Origin: Wickerhamiella versatilis
Taxonomy: Eukaryota
Direction: 5' to 3'
Assembly (NCBI GenBank): GCA_030867685.1
Contig: JAQOWU010000008.1
Location: 620,001-684,000, forward strand
DNA length: 64,000 nt
A program made the position numbers and the translations under genes. Of this stretch, positions 1 to 10,400 are shown piece after piece (position 1 is the first letter of the stretch; the number at the start of each line of letters is the position of its first letter). Below the pieces are notes generated by a model. That model was not told the DNA's origin. It worked only from the letters and a program-made list of their open reading frames with translations, and made no database searches.

Positions 1-590
1 GCTGGTCACCGTTGACCGCTCTGGTGGTGGTGTTTAAAAACACCACGCTAAGCGAAGGATTTATTTATGAGCCGACAGTTAGTCCGCCAGGAACTCACGT
101 GTGGATTCTAAGCTCAATTTAGCAGCAATCAAGTCGGCTATATATATTCATATTTATCGTAAGTATATATTCTAAAACCTTCTTTACAAAGGGAAATATC
201 GAGTACTGATTTTGGGGTGTTGAGAACTTCAGCTCAAACAAGGTATGTGATGTCATAGAAATGATGACCAACGATGAAACCATGCTGCATGGATAAACTC
301 CGACCGGGAATTACACATGCGTTAACGAGAATTTTAAGTTTCTTTCCACTGCATTTCAAGTTCTTGCAAAACTTTAATTGTCTGAATAACTTCTATTAGG
401 CCAACGTAACTCCCACTTAATGGCAGGAGATGCTGAATCTCTTCACAATCACTCTATGTAACCTAGTTCAGAAATATTGGCACCTTTTAAGGTTTTATAG
501 TTAATTGCTCCCACATTCGTGCTATCCAGATGCTCTCTGGATGACCTCTCCGAGTCGAATCCTGCTTACGAAACAGGTCGGATTTTTTTC

Positions 591-2579
591 ATGTGGGGAC
601 TCCTATGGCGAGCAGCGATTCTGCTGGCTTGCGTTGCTATAGCCCTCAATGAGAAAAGAAAACGCGACCTGAAATTGCAAGAGACTCGCCAGCAATCACC
701 TGGGCCGGAAAAGAAGGAGCGTCCACCTGTTGCCATAGACTTCACCACTCGCAGCGGAGGGGATGAGAAGCCTAAGAGACGGGTCCGCGGTAGGGCAAAG
801 GTGAGCCGCAAGATTCCATCCACAAATTCAAACATTGCTATATTTTATTCTACTCTTCTAGGAAGCTCAGCGCGGTACGCAGAGGAAATGCGGGACACCC
901 TGAGCCAAGTCATGTCTAATGAACCTCTTCTCCTCAACATAGACTATTTGGATGACATTGACGACTATTTCGTGTCTCCCAAATATGCAGGTTATATATA
1001 TGTGCTTATCTTGCCCAGTTACGAGACGGAAAGTCCTCTTGATTTCTTCCTGGAAACGTTGAATGATACGTATCATGACTTTCGTGTGCCTTCGAAGCCA
1101 CTGTCAAAGCTTACTGGATTTTCAGTATTTGGGCTCGGAGATTCTGAAAGCTGGCCAGAAAAGTTCTGCTATCAGGCAAAACAGGCAGATAAATTAATGT
1201 CAAAACTGGGGTGCCGCCGCATATTTCCTTTGGGAACGGCTTGTGTAAAGACTACGGGCAGAAAAAGCTTTACAGAATACATGAGCCACTTTATTATGGA
1301 GCTGAAAAATCCTTCACCAATTATAGACACCAATGATGAAAGCGACAGCGACTCACAAAGTAAAGGCGGTGACGATCCCCTGGATGTCGAAGACCTCGGG
1401 CGCGTGATCGATAACAATGCCAATAAAAATGCTATGCAAGCACCAAAAGAAATGGTAGCCAAGGATTCCCCCACATATAAGGCACTTACAAAACAGGGCT
1501 ACACTGTGGTAGGTTCCCATTCTGGTGTGAAAATATGCAGATGGACTAAGTCGGCACTCCGTGGCCGTGGATCATGCTATAAGTTCTCCTTTTATGGTAT
1601 CAAAAGTCATTTATGTATGGAGACAACACCGTCTTTATCCTGCTCAAACAAATGCGTATTCTGCTGGCGGCATGGCACAAATCCTGTTGGCACAACTTGG
1701 CGTTGGCAGGTCGACGAGCCCGAGGATGTTTTCAATGGTGCTCTCACCGGACATTATCAGAAGATAAAGCAAATGCGCGGAGTTCCAGGTGTGCAGGCTG
1801 AAAGGTTTGCCGAAGCTTTTCGCGTACGGCATTGTGCTCTCTCCCTTGTGGGCGAGCCTATTTTCTACCCACACATAAACCGCTTTCTAGAGTTGCTCCA
1901 TGGGGAGAAGATATCAAGCTTCCTAGTGTGTAACGCACAACATCCCCAAGAACTTCGCTCGCTGAACCGAGTTACACAACTTTATGTCTCAATCGATGCC
2001 AGCAACAAGGAATCTCTAAAAAGAGTAGACCGACCATTGCACCGTGACTTCTGGGAGAGACTGGAAGAATGTCTTGACATCTTGCGCGATACCCAAGGCC
2101 ACCAACGTACTGTGTACCGACTTACCCTCGTGAAGGGATTTAACATCGAGGATGTAGAGGGCTATGCGGATATGGTTGAGCGAGGCCGTCCGTCATTTAT
2201 CGAAGTGAAGGGTGCCACCTTCTGTGGTAACTCTGACTCTAATTCTCTAAGAATGTCCAATATACCATTTTACCAAGAAGTACAAGGGTTTGTGGAAGCA
2301 CTTGAACGTGAATTGCGTAGTCGGGGCTGCACCTATTCACTCGCTGCTGAGCATGCACATTCATGCTGTGTTTTACTTGCGAATGACAGTTTCAAGATCA
2401 ACGGCAAATGGTATACGCATATCGACTACCCCCGATTCTTCGAACTCTTAGAATCGGGCAAGGAATTTGGACCTCTTGACTATATCAGCGAAACTCCTGA
2501 CTGGGCTTACTGGGGCTCAGAGGAAGCAGGGTTTAACCCAGTAGATGTTCGTCACTATCGTGGCAAGCCGATTGAGTAA
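591..2579 (+). CDS. TYW1: tRNA wybutosine-synthesizing radical SAM enzyme (flavodoxin + radical SAM + wyosine-formation domains)
   Basis: N-terminal hydrophobic anchor; flavodoxin-like IFYSTLLGSS / VFGLGD; GYTVVGSHSGVKICRWTK, radical SAM CSNKCVFC, SLVGEP, EHAHSCC. First ATG at 591 (ORF-track start 519 is GTG). Confidence 0.96.
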   Translation: MWGLLWRAAILLACVAIALNEKRKRDLKLQETRQQSPGPEKKERPPVAIDFTTRSGGDEKPKRRVRGRAKVSRKIPSTNSNIAIFYSTLLGSSARYAEEMRDTLSQVMSNEPLLLNIDYLDDIDDYFVSPKYAGYIYVLILPSYETESPLDFFLETLNDTYHDFRVPSKPLSKLTGFSVFGLGDSESWPEKFCYQAKQADKLMSKLGCRRIFPLGTACVKTTGRKSFTEYMSHFIMELKNPSPIIDTNDESDSDSQSKGGDDPLDVEDLGRVIDNNANKNAMQAPKEMVAKDSPTYKALTKQGYTVVGSHSGVKICRWTKSALRGRGSCYKFSFYGIKSHLCMETTPSLSCSNKCVFCWRHGTNPVGTTWRWQVDEPEDVFNGALTGHYQKIKQMRGVPGVQAERFAEAFRVRHCALSLVGEPIFYPHINRFLELLHGEKISSFLVCNAQHPQELRSLNRVTQLYVSIDASNKESLKRVDRPLHRDFWERLEECLDILRDTQGHQRTVYRLTLVKGFNIEDVEGYADMVERGRPSFIEVKGATFCGNSDSNSLRMSNIPFYQEVQGFVEALERELRSRGCTYSLAAEHAHSCCVLLANDSFKINGKWYTHIDYPRFFELLESGKEFGPLDYISETPDWAYWGSEEAGFNPVDVRHYRGKPIE

Positions 2580-2632
2580 AAAGAAAGATAGATTGTAAAT
2601 AGTACACTTCTCGGTAGTTTAGTCATGTGCGT

Positions 2633-3661
2633 ATGAGGCGTTTCTCAAATACAGGAAAACCGTTTGTTGAGCTGGCAAAAGAAGAAATTGATACCCAGAG
2701 AAGATATAACTATCAAAATCAAAGGCAGATTGGCTTGGCCAATATGCCATACGCCGCACCCAAACAATCCCGGGATATTGCAGCAGCCCGACCTTGGACA
2801 GGGGAAGAATCACCAATAGATACTAGCCTGAGAATGCTTCTGGATTCTAATAAACGTTTAAAGATTAAACGTTCAGACCGGTTGGTTAATGCTCGTGAAG
2901 CAGTGCTGGATTATGCTTACAACGAGGCCGAGGGGCCGACGTATAAAGAGCGACTGAAAAAACCACGTCAGTCTTCTAGTGGTCTTAGCAGCGGAGGCTG
3001 GGTCGAATCTATAGCAGCGCATCAAATTGAGGATGCTATCGCAAGAGGCCAATTCAAAGACATTCCTCGTGGCGAGGGCAAGCGGTCCCTAAATATGCAG
3101 GGTATTGCCAATCCCGATCTTGATTTAACGCAATACCTTTTAAATAATATTATCAAAAAAGAAGGTGGTACTCCACCTTGGATCGCAAAACAATTACATG
3201 TAAAAAAGAAGATTTCGGTGTTTCGCACCCAAATACAAGAACGTCTCCGTGAGCGCCTAGTCTTAAGGTATATCGAACAATTTGACGGCTTACGGGACCC
3301 CAAAAAGATTGTTGCCAATTCGTTGAAGCAGAATCATCAAGATCTCGATTGGGAGCGCCACTATAGTTCATACCACCAGGCTGCTGTAGACGATATCAAT
3401 AATGCTATTCGAGGATACAACTTACAGGCACCACCTACCGCTCGCTGGGGGTATATTTCCGTCAATGATGAGGTTAACAATTGTTATGCAAATATCGAGC
3501 ATGGCCTCGGTGATTCAATCTTGAAGCATCTTGGCAGGACTAAAGTTATAAAGCATCACCGTAAGAGCTTGCATGAGTCGATGCCTCCAATAGAATCACC
3601 AGAGAATCATTATGGACTTATACAGTTAGTTAAGGACCTTTGGCATAGAAGAGTCCCGTAG
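2633..3661 (+). CDS. DUF1992 / DNAJC28-conserved-domain protein, probably mitochondrial
   Basis: IEDAIARGQFKDIPRGEGK and LNNIIKKEGGTPPWI motifs, plus INNAIRGYNLQAP; basic N-terminus. First in-frame ATG at 2633. Confidence 0.75.
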   Translation: MRRFSNTGKPFVELAKEEIDTQRRYNYQNQRQIGLANMPYAAPKQSRDIAAARPWTGEESPIDTSLRMLLDSNKRLKIKRSDRLVNAREAVLDYAYNEAEGPTYKERLKKPRQSSSGLSSGGWVESIAAHQIEDAIARGQFKDIPRGEGKRSLNMQGIANPDLDLTQYLLNNIIKKEGGTPPWIAKQLHVKKKISVFRTQIQERLRERLVLRYIEQFDGLRDPKKIVANSLKQNHQDLDWERHYSSYHQAAVDDINNAIRGYNLQAPPTARWGYISVNDEVNNCYANIEHGLGDSILKHLGRTKVIKHHRKSLHESMPPIESPENHYGLIQLVKDLWHRRVP

Positions 3662-3713
3662 TATAATTATTTCCAGTATTATTTTTTATTCTTGCAGAGA
3701 GCTCATTCTTTTC

Positions 3714-5120
3714 ATGACTAATAACCATATGCGTGTCGCGTTCCTCCATCCAGACCTCGGCATTGGTGGAGCAGAGCGTCTCGTGGTAGATGCAGCGCTG
3801 GCACTGAAGCGAAGCGGTCATGACGTTACGATATTTACTTCTCATCATGACCGTAAACATTGTTTTAACGAAACTCGCGATGGTACACTGAAAGTTGTCG
3901 TCTTGGGAAATGCTATCCCACGAACACTCGGAGGAAAATTTTCTATATTGTGCGCAATAGCTCGGCAATATCTCCTCATTTCTGAAATGATTCAGAAGAA
4001 GTACGATAACTACGACTTATTCGTTATAGATCAACTTTCTGCCGGTATTCCATACATCAGACTGGCCTATCCCACTGCAAGGATACTATTTTACTGTCAT
4101 CACCCTGATCTGCTCCTTACCGAACGTGTATCGCTGATTCGGAAACTTTATCGGCTACCCTTTGACCAATTCGAAAGGTGGACCACCTCGCTTTCGGACC
4201 AGATTGCCGTCAACAGCAATTACACCCGTCATATATTTGATGTTACATTTGGGAAAGGTATGCCAGAGCCATCTGTTGTCTATCCAGTTGTAGAGACCAG
4301 TACACTCTCCCCACATGTGGCAGATGCAGGGTTCAAGCACCGTGGTCGAATATTACTGTCAATCAATCGCTTTGAGCGGAAGAAAAATATTGAGCTTGCT
4401 CTTGAGGCCTACGCGCTTCTTCTACATGTTCGTGAGGACTCCAGAAATCATCTGCTAGTAATCGCCGGTGGCTATGATGATAGAGTTCCAGAAAATATTG
4501 AGCACCTTGCAGAGCTTCGCGATCTCGCACGCAAATTTAGGCTTCCAGCGGCAACGATATTTCCGGGTGATCGCATGAAGGTGGACTCTAAGACCCGGGT
4601 TCTGTTTTTGCCTAGCGTGAGTTCCGAACTGAAGGACTGGTTGCTCCAGGAGGCCAGTTTGCTCCTGTATACCCCTACCAATGAGCATTTTGGGATCGTT
4701 CCTATAGAGGCAATGTGGGCTAAGACTCCAGTACTGGCCACTAATACTGGAGGGCCCCTGGAAACTGTGGTGGATGGCGTGACCGGATGGCTACGGGAAC
4801 CGGACTCAGAGGCATGGTATCGTGTTATTGGCCATGTTCTTCTCGAAAGCTCTGACTCCGATTTGCAAGAAATGGGTCAACGAGGACACGATCGAGTTGC
4901 AGCACATTTCACTCAAAAACAGCTTCAAGAACAGTTAACCGCTGCAGCGGAAAAGAGCGTTAATACAGCACGTGTTAATGAATCTGCCGTGCGAAGAAAC
5001 GTAATACTTGTCGCAATAAGTATTGTTGTTTCTCTTATATTAATAGCATATTTGGGGGTGAAGATGCTACAGATTCTAATGATCGTTCTTCCAATATTGA
5101 GAGAATCCACGCAATGGTAG
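3714..5120 (+). CDS. ALG2: Alpha-1,3/1,6-mannosyltransferase (GT4)
   Basis: FLHPDLGIGGAERLVVD, FYCHHPD, SINRFERKKN, EHFGIVPIEAM; C-terminal TM segment. Adjacent to SGF73, as in S. cerevisiae. Confidence 0.97.
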   Translation: MTNNHMRVAFLHPDLGIGGAERLVVDAALALKRSGHDVTIFTSHHDRKHCFNETRDGTLKVVVLGNAIPRTLGGKFSILCAIARQYLLISEMIQKKYDNYDLFVIDQLSAGIPYIRLAYPTARILFYCHHPDLLLTERVSLIRKLYRLPFDQFERWTTSLSDQIAVNSNYTRHIFDVTFGKGMPEPSVVYPVVETSTLSPHVADAGFKHRGRILLSINRFERKKNIELALEAYALLLHVREDSRNHLLVIAGGYDDRVPENIEHLAELRDLARKFRLPAATIFPGDRMKVDSKTRVLFLPSVSSELKDWLLQEASLLLYTPTNEHFGIVPIEAMWAKTPVLATNTGGPLETVVDGVTGWLREPDSEAWYRVIGHVLLESSDSDLQEMGQRGHDRVAAHFTQKQLQEQLTAAAEKSVNTARVNESAVRRNVILVAISIVVSLILIAYLGVKMLQILMIVLPILRESTQW

Positions 5121-5184
5121 TCGTTATATAGCATTATGGACTTATGTAGCTTTTTTTCAACCTTATCAGTTCCTAATATACCTT

Positions 5185-6255
5185 TTATTTAGGTCCACGT
5201 TGGTGTAGCTGTTGCCGCTGCTGTTGCTGTTGCTGCTGTTGCTGTAAAGAGGCTAGATACATGGCCCGCTGAACTGCAGGAGCACGAACGTAATGTAGGA
5301 CCTCCGGGCGCTCAGGCCTGAATGCAAGAGATCTACCAAAAATTGCATCGCCGGCGGGAGTAAGACCTTTTGGCAAAAGCGCAAGCGCCAGCATCTCACG
5401 CAGGCGAAATCTTCGAGCGCGCGACCGCGCTGACACAATTACTCTCTTGTCAAGAGGTGCACAATAGCCTCGCCGAACGCCATCGAGTACTTGTTGAACT
5501 TCCTTTTCTGGGTTGACTGTCTCTGCAGCCTTTTCTGCCTCCATTTCCCGAGATGCCATAAGTGCAGCATTCTTTACCTGGTTCTGGCGTTGGTAGCTGG
5601 CCAAAAGTACATCATATGGTGCAGACCGTCCAGGCACAGCACGTTTAGCACTCATTGAATGAGCTTTGCAGGTAAGCGACCGCATGCAAACGTTGCCATT
5701 GGGAAGTGGGACACCACAATTCTTGTCTGGACTGAACTGTTGGTCCCTACTTCTCTGGACTTTTGCCGGCCTCTTACGCTTAGCAGCTGCTGGGTCACGT
5801 TCAGATTTGCGCTTGCGGCTCTCGCTCTGCTTTTCAGCAGACTCTGTGTGCACAGCTGGCTTCTCAGCAGGAGCTTGAGGCTCAATTTTGACGGACGGAG
5901 TCGCTGCTTTTGTCTTCTGCACAGGGGCTTCCGTGTTGCCAGAACTCGGCTTCTTATTCTCCGATCTACGCTTTTCGCATGCTGTCTGGTGTTTATCTAT
6001 AAGGTCAGCAAGTACAGGTCTTGCACAGTGGTCACAAATTACACAATCATATTGGCTACTGAGCGTGTGCACAGAGTTCATAGCCGCACGTTCAAAAGAG
6101 CCGATAGCCACCGGCTCCGGAAAAGACAAGTTGCGTGCAACATCTTGCCAGGGCACCTTATGCAACGCACCAGCAGACCTCTGCCCGTCAGAGGTCTGCC
6201 TGTCTGGCACATGGCTATCAAACGTCTGAGCCAAGAGTCCTGCGTCGGTGCCCAT
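5185..6255 (-). CDS. SGF73: SAGA deubiquitination-module subunit (ataxin-7 orthologue)
   Basis: N-terminal CDHCARPV...H...C zinc finger; SCA7 domain [33 protein letters not shown]-terminal polyQ (5218-5244). Confidence 0.92.
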   Translation of the reverse strand: MGTDAGLLAQTFDSHVPDRQTSDGQRSAGALHKVPWQDVARNLSFPEPVAIGSFERAAMNSVHTLSSQYDCVICDHCARPVLADLIDKHQTACEKRRSENKKPSSGNTEAPVQKTKAATPSVKIEPQAPAEKPAVHTESAEKQSESRKRKSERDPAAAKRKRPAKVQRSRDQQFSPDKNCGVPLPNGNVCMRSLTCKAHSMSAKRAVPGRSAPYDVLLASYQRQNQVKNAALMASREMEAEKAAETVNPEKEVQQVLDGVRRGYCAPLDKRVIVSARSRARRFRLREMLALALLPKGLTPAGDAIFGRSLAFRPERPEVLHYVRAPAVQRAMYLASLQQQQQQQQQRQQLHQRGPK

Positions 6256-6476
6256 ACTGGGTCACGTGAACTACTTGACTAATCCGTGGTCCCACAGAAA
6301 AACTAACCGCCCGTTTGGAACTGGTCGGAAGAGATCCTAACAATATCACCCACAATTAGGAGCGTATCTATCTTAGTCTGCTATTATTCCGGCCCCATTT
6401 GTATTTGATAATATCCATAGAATACATTACCTGGATTTATTATACTGAAGGATCACGCAGAGTCTGACATCTAACC

Positions 6477-6743
6477 ATGTCAGCAGCCAGTGCTCCTGGA
6501 GTGTCGGCATCACGACTTAGGCCTGTTCCACCGCAGCGCGGCTCCTTTCCCATGGATCGGGATGGAGACTGTCTGGAACTTGCCAAGAAGTACCTAGAAT
6601 GCGTAAAGCTTGTGGATGGTGTGAACGCCCCGAATTGCCGCCTGATAGCGAAAAACTACCTTGAATGCCGTATGAGCCATGGTCTAATGGACCGTGATGA
6701 GATGAAGAATCTTGGCTTCAAGTCAGATGAAGAAAAGAAATAG
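6477..6743 (+). CDS. COX19: Twin CX9C cytochrome c oxidase assembly protein
   Basis: [15 protein letters not shown], twin CX9C, YLECRM..GLM...EMKNLGF. Confidence 0.95.
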   Translation: MSAASAPGVSASRLRPVPPQRGSFPMDRDGDCLELAKKYLECVKLVDGVNAPNCRLIAKNYLECRMSHGLMDRDEMKNLGFKSDEEKK

Positions 6744-6970
6744 CCCAGCACAATAGCAAATCTATCTTTGGATGGTGATCAAGCCCGTCGCTATTCCTTT
6801 TAGCCGCGTAATAGTGGGCTATCCTGCATTATCCAAACATTTTAAATTTCATTATTTTGTAAATATTTTAACATTTTGAGCTCATCTTATAAATTGAATT
6901 AGTTGAGTGGGCATCATAAAGGTCTAGTGTAGAAGGAACACGTGAAAAAGTATGTGTGAACAACAAACGA

Positions 6971-7067
6971 CTTAAAGATGTTAGTATTCAGAAGGAAGGC
7001 AACGAGAGTATTCAGCATTTTTTAGTGACACTGTGAACTCAGAAAATCGATTCATCATTATACATAC
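6971..7067 (-). other. 97-nt spliceosomal-type intron hosting the snoRNA (non-coding host or GCN1 3'UTR)
   Basis: AAG|GTATGT donor at 7067, perfect TACTAAC branch point (6986-6980), first AG in TTTAAG ending at 6971. The 3' site (AAG) is less certain. Confidence 0.7.
6984..7063 (-). ncRNA. Box C/D snoRNA, snR52/U83-like, predicted guide for 18S Am420 (S. cerevisiae numbering)
   Basis: Minus strand: box C ATGATGA (7058-7052), D' CTGA (7042-7039), C' ATGCTGA (7018-7012), guide GTTGCCTTCCTT, box D CTGA (6991-6988), terminal stem GTAT/ATAC. The guide pairs over 12 nt (one G-U) with conserved 18S AAGGAAGGCAGC, and the D+5 rule points to the A equivalent to Am420. Confidence 0.85.
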
Positions 7068-7402
7068 CTTCACCAATAAAAAGCAGAGAATGCTGCTGAG
7101 TGTGTGTTAAGAAATACTTTCGATTACAAATTAGTCACTTCATACGTCGACCAACCAAATAGTAAGCGCATGAGCTATAGTTTCTAGTACGGTTTTGGCT
7201 CATAAAAATTGCTAGGGAGGACGACTGACAAGGTCAAAAAAATATTTTTATGCAGATAGATTTACTCCTCCGTCACCTTATTTTTTGTCTTGATATATAT
7301 CTTTTTATTTACAGATAAGGCTAAGACGAGACAATGAAATCTACTAATTAATGCTAAGACTAGCTCATGAGAGCGTAAACTCGGCATCTTTTTTTTCACA
7401 AT

Positions 7403-10400
7403 TCAGATTCCTACCACCCATAGTTCATCCAAGTCCTCAGGGGGAGGCGATCTCCGCAAAGCTACCCGACGAACATATTCAGGGATAGATCTTTGAAGCG
7501 TCTGTGGTTCCAATTTAGGCCCGAATCGTTCCATCCAAGCATCAAACCGTGTCGTCGCCTGGCGTCCGAAATCGAAAACACAATAGAAAGTTCTTTCTGC
7601 AGCAAGTTTCACAGGCAAAGATGTTTCACGCACAGCGCCAAATAGTGGTGGAACCAGCTCATCCAAAAACGGATCTAACACCGCTGGATCAGCATCTGCT
7701 GCAGCACCCAATGCTAAGATAGCGAGTCTCCGTGCATCATTGCTACGAGTATCAGACTTAGGAATCACCTTAACAAGAGCATGAAGTGCGTCCGATACAT
7801 CCGGCATGTTAGGTGTTAGAATATATTTGGCCAGTCCAACAACACTGTTCTCTGCGATTGTCGAGGTTTCGCTCATAGATCCTTCGCTCAGTGTTGCTAA
7901 CAAGTTTCCGGCGGTTTCTCTTGCAGATTCAGGTGCGTCCACTAGTTTTGCATTTGCTGCTAGTACCTGAGGCAGTTCAACATTGGCCGAGTCGGTAGCT
8001 CCAGCAGAACCAGTGGCAGCAGCAATACGTGCAGCCAAAGCAATCTCTTTTGGAGAACCATTGATCGAAGCAGCCAGGTCTGCTGCTTTTTCCTTCTGCT
8101 GCTCGCTAAGTTTATCACCAGACTTGACAACGAGCGTATGCAACGACGTGAGCATTGAAAGACGAATCCCGACATCTTCCGTACCCTCCACACCAGAAAT
8201 GAGCTCTTTAGACAACGCATCGGCGCGGGGTTGGAGCGGGATTAGTTCGGCCATGGCTGCCGTTGCCTGTTGTCGTACCTCTGGACTAGTATCCGCAAGA
8301 GATTTCACGAATGTCCGTTGCAGCTGAGGTAAAAATGGCCTTAAAAGCATTGGTATGCGGTTCAAGAGTGTGCCAAGAGTACCCAGGATTGCGGCACGAG
8401 CCTCAGGCGAGGCTCGTTCTCCAACAACCCGAATCAAAGGACCTGTGAGCTGCGTAACACACGAACGCAAAGCCTCTGGAGAGCTCTTAACAACAATATC
8501 TGCCAACGCTAGCGCAGCTGCTTCTCTGTCGGCTGTTAAACCGCTCACAAACAAAGGAAGCATGAATTTCACAGATGTATGAAGACCTGCCAAAGGTGTG
8601 TTGGTCATATGGAGTGCACGATAACCTGGCTGGACAAGCTTCGATAGCTCCTCCTTGGGTAGGCTTGCTATCACTGCCTCAATGAATGCCTGGGCTTCAG
8701 CAAGAGGTTCTTCAAGGGCAAGAATGGCAGTATGTAACCAATCAGCAGTATATACAAAATCCACATGTCCCTTAGAGTATAGAATAGCCATGCGGGCAAG
8801 TATCACGGGTCTCTTAGTACTGTCTGAGCGAGCTATTGTCAGAAGATGGGATTGAGGAGCTTCAACAGCGAGCACCGCATCTAGTTGATCCGTAAATGGC
8901 ATGAGAGCATCCACTATACGCTCAGCATGCTGGCGTACCTCATCAGGGCCAGCGACTTCAGCTAGAGTTGCTATGGCTGCTGCTCTCTCCTCAGTCATAC
9001 CAACATCACCGGTTCGCAAGAGAGTGGGTACAACCATACCAAACGTTTGCGGTGCGGTGTTAAGCATCTCTTCGAGAGCTGCAAGTGCACCTTTATCCCC
9101 GCTACATGTCTGTTCGACCAGACTGGGTAGCAAGTCACCGGCGACATCATCACCAAGAGCATTATGAAGCGCCTCCAACGCTCGTGAAGCTGCCTCACGT
9201 ATACCAGAGCTGCGATCAGTGAGACATGAGCGTACTAGACGTGTAACCCGGTCGGAATAGCTCTGAAGCACATCCACAGGCGTGCTGGGAACAAGGGCAG
9301 CCAGTCCAAGACAAACCCCTTCACGAGCTGCAGGATCACTCGCCAAAGATTCGAGAGTTGGTAGTACAGCATCAAGGGCTCCTGCTACACGACGAACAAG
9401 TTCTGCCAAAGCACGTGCGGCATTCTCTCGGGTTTCTGGATCTGAATCAGATAGTCTGCGTACGAGCGTACGAACAAGAGTCGAAAGTATCGATCTCACA
9501 GTACGCGGCGTATTCTGAACAATAGACATCCAGGTTTCAACAGCAGCGTGACGTACAGCAGAAACGACGTCGGCTCGGCAAATAAAAAGCATGCTTAGCA
9601 CACGGTCTCTGTGCGGGAATTCTGCAGCTGCCGCTGCTTCTGGGACAGTACTCTGATCCTCTGTGTCCTCCTCTTCTTCTCTCTGCACGGCTTCATCCGC
9701 GGCAGCATCTGCGGCTTCTTCTGCTTCCTCTGCATCCCCGGGAGCTGCTTCTGCAATGTTCACTGTATCCTCACGCCCTTGACCAGCGAGCTGTAGCAGC
9801 AGATCACCAACGAGCTCAACGCTACCAAGACGCAAGCGCCAGTTGCTATCACCGAGACCACTTTCAAGCTGGGGAAGAAGAACATCCCGAGCCTTCGTTG
9901 CATAGTTGCGGACGAGGCGACGACCGGCCTTAAGTGATGTTTCACGCACATTTGTATCACTATCACCCAAACCAGAGACGATAGGATCAACCAGATCTCC
10001 AAAGAATGGTGTGAGCTGAGGGCCGAAAACAGTAGGAAGCATTAACAAGAGAGGGGCGAATCCAAGACGTACATGAACCTGGCGACTAGTCCATCCGGCG
10101 AGTAACTCTGGCATGACTTCGGTAAGCCTAGATGTACCGAGACCATGAAGGACCTCAGCGAGGCCTTGAGCAGAGCCCATGCGGTCTGCCGACCGACTAG
10201 GATCCTTGAGGGCCGCGAGCAGATCCGGAATTACCGTGGGGAAGTGCGCTTCACCGAGCTTCTCAACCAGGACACCAAGGGCCTTGCTTGCTGTCGCGCT
10301 GGTTGCTGGAACCGGATCGATCATAGCCTCGCGGAGATCAGGTAAAAGCCTAGGAAGATAAGGTACAAGATCATTCTGGGTAGTCAAAATCGACATACTA

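Noticed and set aside
27-46. Hairpin GTGGTGTT-TAAA-AACACCAC at the window edge
   Set aside because: Isolated 8-bp stem with no context; cannot be assigned.
261-296. Hammerhead-like ATGATGA...GAAAC-stem
   Set aside because: Core C3 is A, there is no stem II, and no UH cleavage site follows stem III.
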